A DNA stretch of 64,000 bases from the human T2T-CHM13v2.0 reference genome, Homo sapiens: NCBI RefSeq assembly GCF_009914755.1, contig NC_060926.1; one strand, 5' to 3'. The position numbers and the translations under genes are program-made. The notes beneath the pieces are model-generated. The model was not told the origin of the DNA. It searched no databases and was given only the letters and a program-made list of their open reading frames with translations. Each line of letters opens with the position of its first letter. The stretch's first letter is position 1. Below are positions 24,484 through 39,740 of this stretch, piece after piece.

Positions 24484-25864
24484 GTGAGTATCAGGTGTGG
24501 CTGAAGCCTGCAGAGCTCCTGTGGGGCCACTGAGTGGAAGCACCTGTTCCCAGGTAGGCTGCATCCCTGCCACTTCCTCCTCCTGTCCTGTACAACCTAG
24601 GGCATCCCCTCCCCAGTCATCAGTGAGCAGGCAGATCACCTGGGCATCAGTTAAAATGCAGATTCTTATTCTGTAGGTCTGAGTGGGGCCTCAGAGTCTG
24701 CATTTCTGTCAGCCTCCCAGGTAACGCTGGCACTGCTGAACCACGCTTTAAGTAGCACTCCTGGCTTTTGGATATAAAATGGATAGTATCTCCATCATAA
24801 GGAGGTGACTAGGAGCTAGGAAGAAAGGCATTCATATATTGGTCCAGAAATTAAAGATTAGTAAGCTGAGTTCATAAGGGACAGATATAAATCAGTCATT
24901 CACCTTGCAACCAGATCTTACGAAACAGAAATCTCTGGTTCATCTGGCTATTTACTCACACCTGGAGAAATAGCTCAGTAACAGTGTTAAAGCCATTCAT
25001 ATTTAAATACCACTTAGTGTGTGTCTGGTTATTCGCTAAGGAAGATAGAGCCTACATCATCTAAAGTTCACTTTTGGAAATTTGCAGAGAAAAAAGCAAT
25101 ACATTTAAAGGAAGTTCTTGCAGGAGAAGCTGTTATATTGGATTACATTTTGAAAAACATCTTTAGTTAAAGCTACAAATGCTTGCTATTTTCCATACCT
25201 GCATTTCAAACATTCCTGGGGAAAACTGGATAGTCTTTGGGTGGTAGTTCTTGTTCTTCTTTCAGAATAAAGACTTCATTTTAAAACATGACCCAGATTT
25301 TTAAAAATTGAGGCAGCAGAAGTTCTGCAAGGCCCCTGAGTATTTAATTAGTGCTGTTAGAAAGTCTCCTGGTGATTTTGAAGTTTTGTGGGAAGCCCTC
25401 AGGGAGCGGCGATGGATGGGATGCGGTAGCAGTAACTTGAGGGATTACCAAACTTGCCTCCTTTATCTCTTAGTTTCTCTGAAACTTAAAAATATATACA
25501 TATTCCAACCAAGCCGAAGCTCCACCCAGACTGTTTCCCCATATATGGAGACAGGAGGATGGAGATCCTTGGTTAGACTTGGTTTGGGAACCCTGAATTT
25601 AAACTTCCACCACAGATGTTTACCTTCATCGCTTTTTCCTTTGCTCTTTAAATAGATCCACCAAAGCAGTGACTTAGCAATCATCCTGGGCATCCTTAGC
25701 AATCATCCTGGGCAGAGAACCCACTTGGGCACTCTGCTTGTTCACTCAGGAAAATAACATTCCCAACAATAAGGAAAACTATGACATCTAGAAAATGGTT
25801 ATTTTCCCATGTTTTGCTTTTGTCCAGCTGTGTATTTTTCCTTTCATCATATTCTTTTTTGCAG

Positions 25865-25917
25865 GCTAATGAAGCTTTTGCTCAAAGCACTAGTTTGTCT
25901 GCCACTGCATATTTTAG
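25865..25917 (+). pseudogene. AOX3P: AOX3-like exon 30 remnant
   Basis: cag|ANEAFAQSTSLSATAYF(R)|gtaaga, 53 bp. Confidence 0.85.
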
Positions 25918-27411
25918 GTAAGAGGTATCTAATACTGTCCTAAAATTATTCCCCTTTAGAATGGAAAAGGAACTTTGAAAAGGTGTGCTCAGTTGTTTAT
26001 ATTTTTAATATTGTCTATTATTATCAATTTTATTTTTTTATTGAAAGGTTTTCATTAGAAAGAGAAATGTTATATTATCAGAACAGGAAGGCAGACAATT
26101 TTGAGATGAGTCCCATAATTTCCTTCCTGCAATGCCTTAGTACACATAAACCTGCCACAGGTTTATAGGTTGATATTAAATGATCCTGTGAATAGTGAGA
26201 ACAGATCAAGATAGAGGGATTTTTGCAAAGCTTTTAGTGCTTCCCAGCATGGATTTAGTGCTTATGCCTTTCAGTCTTAGTGTCTAATAGGATGCAGCAC
26301 TTTGGGCTTTCTAATATTTCTTGCTCTCCAGAAATCTTGCCTTATATCCTGCCTCTTGTGACCCTCTTCTCTTGTCTAGTGGGGGATTGGTTATAAAAGC
26401 TGTGAGTCAAACCAGGGATGACCAAAACAGCCCCATACAAATAGCATGGGAAGTTGAGCAAGGTACCCCATCAGACATGAGAATTTGTCCAAATAAGGAA
26501 CAGGGAGATCTCACTGGAAGTGACAAGAAACTAACCATCCTTTTACCATATTGAGCATATGTGGGCACATCGCCTAGGCTTATTGGGAGGGCGGTCTAGT
26601 ATCCTGATGGCATCTATAAATACAAAGCTCACATCTGAAGGTAGGTTGGATCTTCTTGAATGGGGAGGCCATGCCTAGTTTCAGTAACCCAGAGGAAGGA
26701 CGTGAATTTAGGAAACTAGAACTGAGGGAGCTCAGATTCTGTTGGTCTCACAGGTCAACCATGGAAGTCACAGGCACCCCTGGCCAGTGGGTATAAATAA
26801 TAGTAACCATCATGAGAAGGTAGACCAGGAACCAGGAAGAACCCATTTATTGGTTCAACAATTGAAGAGAAGTAAGCTGAGTTGTAAAGATCAATGAAAT
26901 TGTCTCTTTTTCTTGTCCTTTTGTTTCCTCCTGTCATTTATCCAATTCTTATATGAACATTCTTACTCTGATCAGTCGGTCTACAGAGAATCAACCCAAG
27001 AGTCCTCCGTCCAGTATAAGAAAAAGAGAGGGAAACAGTGCCCCGTTAGACCAATGTGTCAATGGTAGGATCAGACATAGATCCCAAAGGAAGTGAGTCT
27101 TGGGTGAAAGCCAAGGCCGTATGGACCACCCAGTGCCAACTCTGAGGTTCTGAACTTTATTTTTACTAAGAAAAGTGCAATTTCCTCACAGCACTAGGCA
27201 AAAATGGAAAGCTATCCTGGCACACAAGTATAGAATGCCACCAGAGACAAGCAGCTGGAAGAAAAAGCCAGGCCACCAGCAACAGAGACAAAGAACTGTG
27301 AGCTTGAGAGGCTATGGCAGATGGTGAGGGAAGGACAGTGAGGGAGAAAGAGACTCAGATGCAGCAGAGGCTCAGTGGCTAGACTTAGGACCCAGCCAGG
27401 GCTTATTGTAA

Positions 27412-27869
<458 letters not shown>

Positions 27870-28760
27870 TGACTCTCATCTTTTACACTTATTTTAATGA
27901 TTTGACTATTGTATTTGTATTTAATATGAATGCTTTCTATAAATAGACTCATGTAAGGCTTGTTTAGGAAATAAGTGAAATTGAATTAAATACGTATGTC
28001 TAACATGAATCTATTAAGTTTCTCAGCAGATGAAAAAGACCTTCCTTATAACAACACTTGTCATACCTGAAGAACATTATTTAGCCAGTTCTTAATCTTC
28101 TCTTTACCAGAATTGATCACAAAAATTTTAACTCATTTTTAGCTTTTGAAACAATGACAAGTTTACAGAAAATTTGCATGTACAGTACAAAGAATTTTTT
28201 TTACCCTGAATCATTTGAGAGTAAATTGCTGACCTAATGCCCCAAACCCCTGAACACTTAAGAGTTTAGTCCTACACACTATACAATATACCCATCAGAA
28301 TCCAGAAATTAACAGCAGTTCACAACTACTATCTAATTATCAGACTCCATTCAAGATTCGCCGGTTGTCCCAATCAAGTATTTTATAGCAAAAATATTCA
28401 ATACAGAATCTCACTTTTCATTTAGTTGTCCTGTCTCTGAGGTGTCCTGGAGCAGGAATCAGGTCTCCCCTCTCTCTTTGACATCATGACTTTGACACTT
28501 CGGAAGAGTTTGGCCAGTTATCTTGTCCAATGTCTCCCATTTTGAGTTTGTCTATTGTTTTGTCGTGGTTAGATCGATGTTATGAGTCTTTGTCAGAATA
28601 TTACAAAAGTGACTCTGTGTTCCCCTCATGGCATCCTGCCAGGTGACACATGACTTCGACATGTCCCACTTGGTTAAGATGGTGTCTACCAGGACTCTCC
28701 ACAGTGAGGTGGTTTTTCTCCTTCTGTAGTTAATAAATATTCTGTGGGGAGATACTTTGA

Positions 28761-29105
<345 letters not shown>

Positions 29106-31254
29106 AACACTCTTTTTGTTACTGCCATTCTACCCCTCAGGTCCACCCCACAGCCTGTCCAATTAGCTATGTGAGTTAACTGCTCAGTTTGGTCTCTGCA
29201 AAGCAGAGCTAAAACAAACAATGCGCCTTCCTTTAGGGCTCTTAAAATTAAAGCATGAGTACCCTCTAGTGGCTTGCAGGAAAGTTTCCACGATTCTCGA
29301 ACTTTTCCTAAGTCCCAGATGAGTGAAGGACACTGGCAGGGGTGGGATGTACTGGAGCCAGATGTGTTCCCCACCAGCACACCCAGGAAATACATTTTTG
29401 CACAGCTGTAATTTTGACTTAAACATTTGTTTAAGGTTTGCATGCTCAATCATATGACCTACATGTTTGGCTCAGTATACATTTGTTTTCTCAAAATCTT
29501 TAGTATAGTGAGTGCTCCAGAAAGTCATTGCATGTTTACCTCATAGACCCATGAACTCTGAAAAGCATAGAGTTCCACTGAAATGCCCTTTCTGAGAATC
29601 AAAGTTGAAGTTCTTTTCACTTGCATTGGAAGAAACCTAGATTTTGTGACCAGAGATGGAATAAAATATGAATAGAACCACATTAAGTAGAATGTTCTCA
29701 GTATAGCCTGGCAGAAGGTGTGTCGTGCCTAGCATGAGGTGACATGGTGATGTGTGCAATGGAAATGGAGTTATTTGGCTTCAAACTGTGTTTGAACTCT
29801 TATGAGGATTCAGGCAATAGAGCAGACAGGGATACTTCAATCCCCACTGGGGTTGAACTGCCCTTTTCCCTCTGTGTCAAATAAGAGGTGGTGATGCTGG
29901 TCTATGTGATGCTTCTGACCTTAATAATAATTATGTTTTTTTGTTTCTGGTTTCTCCTCCACTAATAAGGCTCTGGGTCTTCTCCTTAGGGAGAAGGAAT
30001 TGTATGACTGAAAAAAAAAAAAAAAAAAAAAGCTTGATTTTCCTAGTACTCCTGCAACGATAAGGCAGGCCAGGACCTTCCAGAAGTTAAAAAACAGGCT
30101 CCATTGAAACCTGTGATAAGGAAGCAACAGACCATCACTGATGGGTCTGGGATGAAATTAGATCCCCTGTTACAGAGTACATTTTAGGAGACGCTAAAAC
30201 AGAAACAGGGTGAGAACTCCAGGCTGAGACATTCCAGCGGGGAGGGATAGTTTAGATTTGTTTAGCATAAGGATAACAAGGAGCAGCTCACGGTTCCCTT
30301 ATCAACTAAATTAGCTGAGATTACTGAGGCAGCGGGGTGTTGCATGAGTATGCTGGCAAGGTGGGGGAGGTGTCATGCCAAGTACATTCTTAATATTGAT
30401 AAAATACAGCTATGTAGGAGGGTGAAATATTCTCAAAGATTAGTCAACAAGAGATAAATCAAAGCCCAACCTGATAAAAACAGACTAACTGCAATTAGAA
30501 CCAGCCCAGCTAGTAATGTCAAATCACTCTACGTTAGTGTTTCATTCTGCAAACCCCGGGGTGTGAAGGATTAATTTTAAAAGGCTGCCTAACTCATCTC
30601 CTGGGGGTTTGGGTGACTACTTCACTTTTTAAGACTGATTTGAACCCTTTCATCCTTACTGAAGAAAAACCCTGAAGCTCATGCTAATATCCTGCCAATA
30701 CTCACAACTTATGACTCCAAAGTTGGTTGAAATTTTGAATTATTTCCTTGCCAGTTAGCAAATAGCATTACTTCGATCGCTAGATGCTCTCCCATTACTT
30801 CCCTGGACCCTTCCCAGGAGCCCCCAACTTCCTCATACCCAGTAACGCTCAACATAAATGGCTGGGGCAGCTCCTTACATGGGCCAATTGACCAGTGCCC
30901 CTCACAAAACTGATTGTTGAAGATTTTGAGTATCGGGTGCAAAACCTGAAATCCAAGCATTACAGATTTTAGACAACAACCTGGGGAATTGAATGACCTT
31001 TGCCTTATTGTAATGCCATTCGATTTATCCCCCTTAATCACAAAGCAACTTTGCATAGCTTCACCACAATCAGTCAGGAGGAGGTCATGGAAAATTCTGG
31101 TAAGGTCTGCCACCTGCAAGTTTTTGCTGTCATTCCTTCTCTCTAGCCTCTATTTCCTTGTGTCTGTCAAAAGAAGAATGTGGACCAGCCCAGGAGATCT
31201 CACTCTGGCTGTGTAAAAACACCTTGAAGCCTTTTAAAAATCTGCAGAGATCCA

Positions 31255-31944
<690 letters not shown>

Positions 31945-32036
31945 TCACTGCACTGGCCAAACACTGAGGTCCTGGTGCCATGATTACAATTCAGCTGCTC
32001 CTCTTATGTCACCAGTAAAAACAAGTTGCTTTCCAG

Positions 32037-32188
32037 GACTGACAATAGGCGCTGGCTGCAGCCTGGCCCAGATGCAGGACATCTTGGCTGAGAGGGTAGC
32101 TGAGCTCCCAGAGGAGAAAACACAGACGTACTGAGCCCTCCTGAAGCACCTGAGGAGTCTGGCAGGCCAGCAGATCCGGAATATGGCG
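32037..32188 (+). pseudogene. AOX2P: AOX2-like exon 11 (premature TGA at 32132-32134)
   Basis: cag|[50 protein letters not shown]|gt, 152 bp. Confidence 0.93.
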
Positions 32189-32357
32189 GTATGTTCCCTG
32201 GTTTCAACCACTGGGCACACCGCACCTATTTCTGAACCTCACTGAAATGTTGAGATATGCGTTGGCAGAATCAGTATGCAAAAAGGTCTCAGCAGATTGA
32301 AGCAACAGGCGCAGTAAATGTTTAAAATTAATAAGCATTATTTAATAAAAATATTTA

Positions 32358-32726
<369 letters not shown>

Positions 32727-34134
32727 TCACAGGTGAGAAAAGGATGCTATGGTTTTGCTAGTTTCATGATAAGCTTGTCCAAGAACTTAGTTTAGTCTTA
32801 GGCTGCATTAACAAAATAGAGTATCTAAAACAAGGAGGGTAGCCTTCTCTACTCTGGGCTGTTCAAAACACAGCTGGAGAAAGATGGTCAGATCTGGGAG
32901 GCATACTTGAAGATCTGGTTGATTTTGATCTCAAAAGAAAGGAAAAGAGAAACAGTTAGGTTTTTGAAACACATATGCTCCTTCCCCTGCATACCCTCAA
33001 TTGTATAGCAGAAATCTTTGGGATATGGAAAACCAGGGAGGGCATGTTTCCTTTAAAACAGCTCTCAAGTGATTTCAAAATGTTCTCTCTCCAGTCAGGA
33101 ACTCTGACGAGGTACACTGGTGAGGAGAAGGTGGCAGGAGAATGAGGGGTTGGAAACCACCCCAAAAAGAGGACTAGGGGTGGGAGGACAGGCAAAGGGA
33201 ACATGAGAGCTGCCTTGGACTATGTCTAGACTCCTGAGGTCTGATGTGTTATTACATATGAGCAGAGAGTAGAAGAGTAACTGACAGATGAGGATCCAGG
33301 GAGCCAGATTTCAGCTCAGGGGAAACAAAAAAAAATGTAAAATGGAACTGCTCATAAAGGAATGGGGATTCCCTGTCCTCACCTGTGTTCCAGTCCAGAC
33401 CGCAGCAACCAGGAGGTCACCGTAGATTCCTTCCCTATGCTGGGAGGAGAATCTTGAGTTCAATGGCCAGTCATTTCCCTCCCAAGTTCTGAAATGCTAC
33501 AGGCTCCATCAGATCTGAGTGAGGGCTCCCAAAAAAGAGTGAAAAGGCAATTCTCTGTCCAACTGTGTGGATGCCTCAGAACACTGACACAGCCCATGTG
33601 AAGTCTGGCCATTTCAGAAGCCCACAGGAGATGAGGCTGAGACCCTTTGCACCAAGGCAAGATGGCACCTCTGCAGCCAACACCATGGCCATCTTCACTG
33701 TTGCCAGGGCTGAGTGGGGTGGCTCACTCCCGCTGAGCCTCCCTGCTTGAATCTGAATCCCAGGCCTGCCCCTTCCTAGCTGGGGACATTGGTCAAGTTT
33801 CATAATTGCTCTGTACTTCAGTGTCTTCATCTGTAAAATAGGGATAACGACACCCACCTCACTGGGTTGTTGTGTCAGGGGTTAGACAGCGCGTGGAACA
33901 CACTGGTGTTAGGTAAGTGCTAGGCACCCTCGAGTCCTCTTCCCATCCAAAGAAGCCAGTGGGAGGGGCCCTCCCTGACAAGCTGAACCCACACCCTCTG
34001 CAAAAGAGAGAAAGACTGAACTGACTTAGATTCCTCTTGACCCTTTCATGGCCACTAAGAGGACCATCAGCAGGTGCCTTCGGGGTAGAGAAGCTGAGAG
34101 ATGGAATGACTGCGCTGTAACTCTCTCTCCTTAG

Positions 34135-34228
34135 TCCTTAGGGGGGCATGTGAGAAGCCGGCATTGCTATTCGGACCTGAATCCAATTCTTGCTGTGGGC
34201 AATGCTACCCTCAATCTGATTTCAGCAG
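34135..34228 (+). pseudogene. AOX2P: AOX2-like exon 12
   Basis: tag|[31 protein letters not shown]|gtaag, 94 bp. Confidence 0.93.
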
Positions 34229-35698
34229 GTAAGCTGCCTCCAAACACTCTGAACAGCACCTAGAGATCTTTTGTCTTTTCTACTTATTCTTTTAAGGAAT
34301 TGCTTTAAGTCAGAGCCCAAGTCTCTAGTTCTCAATTCACCATGGGGAGCCCAGCTCATGAGGGAAGGTGCACTGATCCAAAAGGCAGCTGGTGTTTCCT
34401 TCTGACACCACACACGCACACAACCTGGGACCACACACTCAGTTAGCTCACATGTTCGCCCACGTGTCTTGCTTGACCAGTAAACACCAGAGGTGATGTG
34501 CAGAGGCTAAGCTGAGGGTGAGGTTGCAGTGCGCACTCTCCCTGTGGGCCAAGGGACTGCTCCTGCTCCCCCATTCTCATCATGGGCTCCCTCCGCCAAC
34601 ACACAGTCCGAGGCCCCCACACAGTGCCCTCAAAGTTGCCTCCCTACCCCCCAGTTGCTGTGTAAGAAGCTACAAGGCTGGTGTGGACACACAGTGGACA
34701 TCCACACAGGCTGTGGTGGGCCCCTGGGAAGGGGTAGGCAGTGATTGATTTTAATTGCTAGCTGAGAGGAACGTTCCCTTGCGGTGGCTGCCCGCTAAAC
34801 CTCCCTTTCATCTCCCCAAGCACCCTGCACACTCACACTGCCCCCAACTGCCCCCCAGATACTAATACCACCTTGACTGGATGCAACTACATGCCAGGCT
34901 GTGCTGGGGCGTTGGTCATTACCATTGGCTGAAGGTCTGCTTTCCCAGCTCAGCTAGAGCCATCTCCACCCAGAGCACAGCCCTGGCTCCAGCAAAGGCA
35001 GTAGATCAGCTCGCTGGCCCAGCAACAGGGAGGGGCCAGGCAGAGATCAACCGTGGGAGCCTCCTTTGGGGCACCCTGCTTCCTCACAAGCATACCTACA
35101 TTCCAACCAGCACAGCGCTCACTGTGCCAGGGATCAAACGCATGTCACAGTCCCCAGGCCATAGTTTGATCTCCTCACTGCACTCCTGTGGGCCAGAGGG
35201 CACAGTTGTGGTCCCCAAGAGGGGGCAACTGGGCTAGAAGGAGGTTTCAGAATTTTTCACTTTGTTTTAAAGGTGTAAGTGTCTGTCTCAAGAGCTGACA
35301 ACAGCAGGAAGAACACAAGGCAAAGTCAGTGGCTTGAACTGAACTGAATAGTTAAAAGTGCAAACAAACCGTGTGTTGGCTTAAAGTTGTTGACTTAACA
35401 AGTGATCATAAGCACTGAACAGGTTCTATGTAGTTAACCACAGGCCCAGTGAGCCTTCAAGGCAGAAGAGACCCCAGTTCACATAGCATATATGCTGATG
35501 AGAAAATAGTAATGTCATTACGGTGCCACCACCTGGGACCCCATGATGGGACCCTGTGACTTTGCCGTGGACTCAGACCTCAGCCTTGCTCTGTGTAGAG
35601 GAAGCTGGCCTTTCCTTCTCTACTGCTGACATTTAAAAGAACAGAATAATCTTGCTCTCCTTGTTGTGACTGTGCAGAAATATAATTCTCTTCCACAG

Positions 35699-35808
35699 AA
35701 GGTACGCGGCGGATTCCTCTAAATGAACATTTTCTTGCTGGGTTGGCAAGTGCAGACCTTAAGCCAGAGGAAATTTTGGAATCTGTGCATATCCCGCACT
35801 CTCAAAAG
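35699..35808 (+). pseudogene. AOX2P: AOX2-like exon 13
   Basis: cag|EGTRRIPLNEHFLAGLASADLKPEEILESVHIPHSQK|gt, 110 bp. Confidence 0.93.
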
Positions 35809-36347
35809 GTCAGAATTCCGCTGGTTGCTTTTGAGGGTGGATTTTCCTTTTTCATAACTGAGTCCAGTCATCTTTAGAAATCTAAAAACAGATGGAAAGA
35901 AAATAACTCTGCCCTGCAAACCTGTTTCCTGTCCAACTGCAGATTGGGCCAGCACCAAGGCCCTCCGACAGCCAAGAGCAGGCAGCTCCGGGTGTGGATG
36001 TGGGGCTGTTGTTCTAGCTGCAGGGTGGAGCATGCTGAGGGCCTGTGGTCACACCACCACACCCCTCATGGCCATGAGTTCAAGCTCTCGGGCTGTCAAA
36101 TGGAGTGTCTCTAACTGACCCACAGGGAGATGGGGGCTAGGGCTCAGCTGTCCCACACCCCACTCTAGCCAATAGTTCATGGGCGCAGGAGGGCCTCTAG
36201 TTGTTCGCTAACTCAGAATCTCTGCGGCTGATGTAGCCACCCAGCCGGCTATGGAGTTGACCTTCTGTCCTCACTGCCTGCTCCCTGTGCCTCTGCCAAA
36301 GCTGTACCTGAATCTAAGAGGATAGTCTTCCCAGAGAGAGGCAATGC

Positions 36348-36348
<1 letters not shown>

Positions 36349-36390
<42 letters not shown>
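36349..36390. repeat. (AC)n microsatellite
   Basis: Seen directly; others at ~41850-41881 (CA), ~48411-48443 (TG) and ~54225-54311 (TA/CA). Confidence 0.95.
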
Positions 36391-36392
<2 letters not shown>

Positions 36393-37600
36393 CCTAGCTC
36401 AGCCCCCAAAGTCCCAGAGAGGAGCAGCCAAGACTCTGGGGCACCAGGATGAGGATGGCCCACTCCCCATCCGGGGCCTTCTGCTACAGTAGCAGTAATA
36501 TTCTTCTACAGGGGCATTGGTCGTTACCATTGGCTGAAGGTCTCCGCTTTCCCAACTCAGCCACAGCCATCTCCACCTGGAGCACAGCCCCGGCTCCAGC
36601 CAAGGCAATAGATCAGCTCACTGGCCCAGCAGCAGGGAGGGACCAGGCAGAGATCAACAGTGGGGGGCTCCTTTGGGGCACCCCTGCCTCCTACAACCAT
36701 GCCTACATTCCAACCAGCACAGCTCTGACTGTGCCAGGTGTCTTGTTAGATTGTGTCTGTGTGATTAATTAATAGCATCAAAAGCCGGGGGGCAGCCTGG
36801 TTATGGAGGGAGTCATAAGTTATGCTTTCAGCCATGTGTGATCTTCATTAGTTTTTCCTTTGGAATGGAAACTTTGAAATGTGTTCCCATTTAAATCCAT
36901 GAAAAGGCAGCAGACGGAAAAACAAGCCCACTCAAACATGTGCACCCTTCGTGGCGGCACAGATGGAAATGCACAAAGGGGCACAGGCCGTCTTCATGGA
37001 CCCCACCTTGGCTCACCAAAGGTCATGGTGCCAAGGGGTCAGCTGGGACAGCCATCACCTTTGACTCTTCCTCCTGACACAAGATTCCCTAGCCACTGCT
37101 GGAAAGCTTTGCTCGGCTCCCTTCTGTGCTTTGCCAAGTGGAAAAGCAATCATTTCTACAAGCCAAGCAATGTGGTGGGTCTCCTTTGCACTTTTAGCAA
37201 ATCACCTTTAAAAGCCCCTGCATTAGGAGGGCTCCTCCAACCTCATGGGGAAAAGGTGTCTGAAAACTGGAGGGAATGGCCCCTGGCAATGCCAGCACAT
37301 GGACGGGTGTCCAGGCGTGAGTTCCCACAGCATCCCGTGCAGAGGCATCCTGGCCTCCAAGGGAGAGTGCGCGGTGGTCCCTGTTCCTTGAGGGTGTCCG
37401 AGGCCTTGAGAGTGGGCCTTGGGGAGGACGCTGTTCTCACTTTGAACGAGAAGTCAGCCAAGGTGTCCTCTAATTGTGCCAACTGTCTTTGGTGTCTTGT
37501 TAGATTGTGTCTAAGTGATTAATTAGTGGCAACAAGAAGCATAAACCATGTTCTTAGTTTTGACATATCAGATAACCCCAAATGGTTTTTGTCTCCACAG

Positions 37601-37785
37601 TGGGAATTTGTGTCAGCCTTCCGACAGGCTCAATGCCAGCAGAATGCCTTGCCCCACGTGAATGCCGGCATGCGAGTCCTTCTCAAAGAAGGCACAGACA
37701 GCATTGAGGACCTGAGCATCGCCTATGGAGGGGTGGGGGCTGCCACCATCAGTGCACACAGATCCTGCTAGCAACTCCTTGGGAG
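37601..37785 (+). pseudogene. AOX2P: AOX2-like exon 14 (premature TAG at 37769-37771)
   Basis: cag|[60 protein letters not shown]|gtaag, 185 bp. Confidence 0.93.
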
Positions 37786-38082
37786 GTAAGCCAAGAGCCC
37801 GCACCCTGAGGGGGAAGCTTGCTGTTAAATAAAACAAGTGGAGATCTGTCTCTGGCAAGCATCAGTAAAGCCCTGGGAAGATGGAAACTATTACATGAAA
37901 ATCACTGCCTGTTCTTTCTGCCATTTTGCTAAATGAATTAAACCTTATTTGACTTTGATTAATTGGATGCCAGTCTTTGGATGAGGTATACAACAAAAGT
38001 GACCTGGCCTGAGTTCAGCCAGCAGGTGATTTTTTCCCATCTGCCCTCGTTCTCTTACACAGATCGACAGCCTAGCCATCCT

Positions 38083-38833
38083 GATGCCATGGCTTATGCC
38101 TATAATCCCAGCAATGTGGGAGGCCAAGGCAGGAGGATTGCTTGAGCTTAGGAATTCAAAACCAGCCTGGGCAACAAAACAAGACCCTATCTCTACTATA
38201 TATATATATGTTTTTTTTTTTTTTAATTAGCTGGGCATGGTAGCATGCACCTGTAGTCCCAGCTCCTCAGGAGGCTGAGACAAGAGGATCACTTGAGCCC
38301 TGGAGGTTGAGGCTGCAGTGAGTAGCGATCATGCCACTATACTCCAACCTAGGTGACAGAGCAAGACTGTGTTTCAAAAAAAAAAAAAAAGTCTAGCAAA
38401 CCCACCCTGGGCAGTGTCCAAGCAGCACCTAATGCTCCCACCGTTAAGTGCACTCTATTACTTCCTCAGTGAAGTCAGTCTCCAAGTCTGAGTCCCGTTC
38501 AGTTCACAATGGAATTGGCCCTAGTGGTCTGTTTTGTTGTTGTTGTTTTTGAGATGAAGTCTCACTCTGGCACCCAGGATGGAGTGCAGCGGTGCAATCT
38601 CGGCTTCACTGCACCCTCCACCTCCTGGGTTCAAAGTGATTTTCGTGCTCAGCCTCCCAAGTAGCTGGAATTACAGGTGTGTGCCACCACACCCAGCTAA
38701 TTTTTGTGTTTTTAGTAGAGATGGGGTTTCACCATGTTGCCCATTCTGGTTTCAAACTACTGGGCTCAAACTATCCAGCTGCCTTGGCCTCCCAAAGTGC
38801 TAGGATTACAGGCGTGAGCCGTCATTCCCGGCC
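38083..38833. mobile_element. Two Alus in opposite orientation (38083-38390 +; 38530-38833 -)
   Basis: Alu consensus on each strand, ~140 bp apart. Confidence 0.9.
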
Positions 38834-39097
38834 TGCACTGCTTATTTAATTCTTGATTCTAGCATGTCTGGCTGTGGAACATGTTCATGTTTAAGTTGCA
38901 GGTCCCATTCTCACCCTGCCATGACCCTTGGGCCACTCGATGCAGCCTCCCCAGGCCTTGGTTTCCCTAAGCAGCTTGATTAGGTGATTTCTGAGTTTCC
39001 AAGGAAACTCTGGGGTCTCTAAAAGGTCACTATCCCATATCATGCCATGCTAGAAACTGCCCTCTAACCAATTCCTTCCTGCCTTCAACCCTCCCAG

Positions 39098-39287
39098 GTG
39101 CTGGAATGAGCTGTTGCTGGATGAGGCTTGCAGGCTGCTTCTGGATGAAGTCTCGCTCCCAGGCTCAGCCCCGGGTGGCCGGGTGGAATTCAAGAGGATG
39201 AGGACCCTAGTCGTCAGCTTCCTCTTCAAATTCTACTTAGAGGTTCTGCAGGAACTGAAGAAGCTGGTGAAGCTAGTCTCTGTGCCT
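39098..39287 (+). pseudogene. AOX2P: AOX2-like exon 15
   Basis: cag|[63 protein letters not shown]|gtgggt; 3' end chosen by phase and is less certain. Confidence 0.85.
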
Positions 39288-39300
39288 GTGGGTGCTCTGG

Positions 39301-39740
39301 TGTATTCGCTGGCTGGGGCTGCTGAAACAAAGTAGCACAGCCTGCCTGGCCTGAACAATAGAAACATGTTCCTTCACAGTTCTGGAGGCGTCAGCAGGCC
39401 TGGTTCCCTCTGAGTGCTGTGCAGGGGACTCTGCCCCCTGCCTTTCCCCTAGCTCCTGCTGGTTTGCTGGCAATCTTGGGCACTCCTTGGCTTCTAGAAG
39501 CATCACCCTGATCTGTCTTCATATGAAGTTCTGTGGGTACATGTGTGTCCAAATTTCCCCTTCTCACAAGGACATCAGTCATATGGGATTAGGCCCATCT
39601 TAAGTAGCTCATTTTAACTTGATTACCTCTGCAGTAAAGGCCCTGCCTTATTTGGATAAGGCCACATTCTGAAGAACTGGGGCTGGAGTGCTGGGACTTC
39701 AACACAGATATTTAGAACAGACACAATTTGACCCATAGCA
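39301..39740. mobile_element. MLT1 (MaLR) solo LTR just downstream of the exon 15 donor
   Basis: gggctgctg.aacaaagta.cacag...cacagttctggagg...acacaatt..acccata.ca pattern. Confidence 0.7.

Larger units (their letters stand above)
34906..36738 (+). repeat. ~226 bp diverged direct repeat pair (34906-35131 and 36511-36738) flanking AOX2P exon 13
   Basis: Collinear alignment by eye from ggggc.ttggtc.ttaccattggctgaaggtct to actgtgccagg. Confidence 0.92.

Noticed and set aside
30011-30031. Isolated A21 run as a retrocopy tail
   Set aside because: No upstream polyadenylation signal match, recognisable body or TSD.
30966-31005. acaacctgg..tgaatgacctt, faintly like AOX exon 9 (TTW..LNDL)
   Set aside because: Spacing is wrong and the flanks do not extend the match; cannot be told from chance.
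36881-37522. 213 aa plus-strand ORF in AOX2P intron 13
   Set aside because: Non-ATG start, GC-rich intron, no family similarity; likely a chance open frame.
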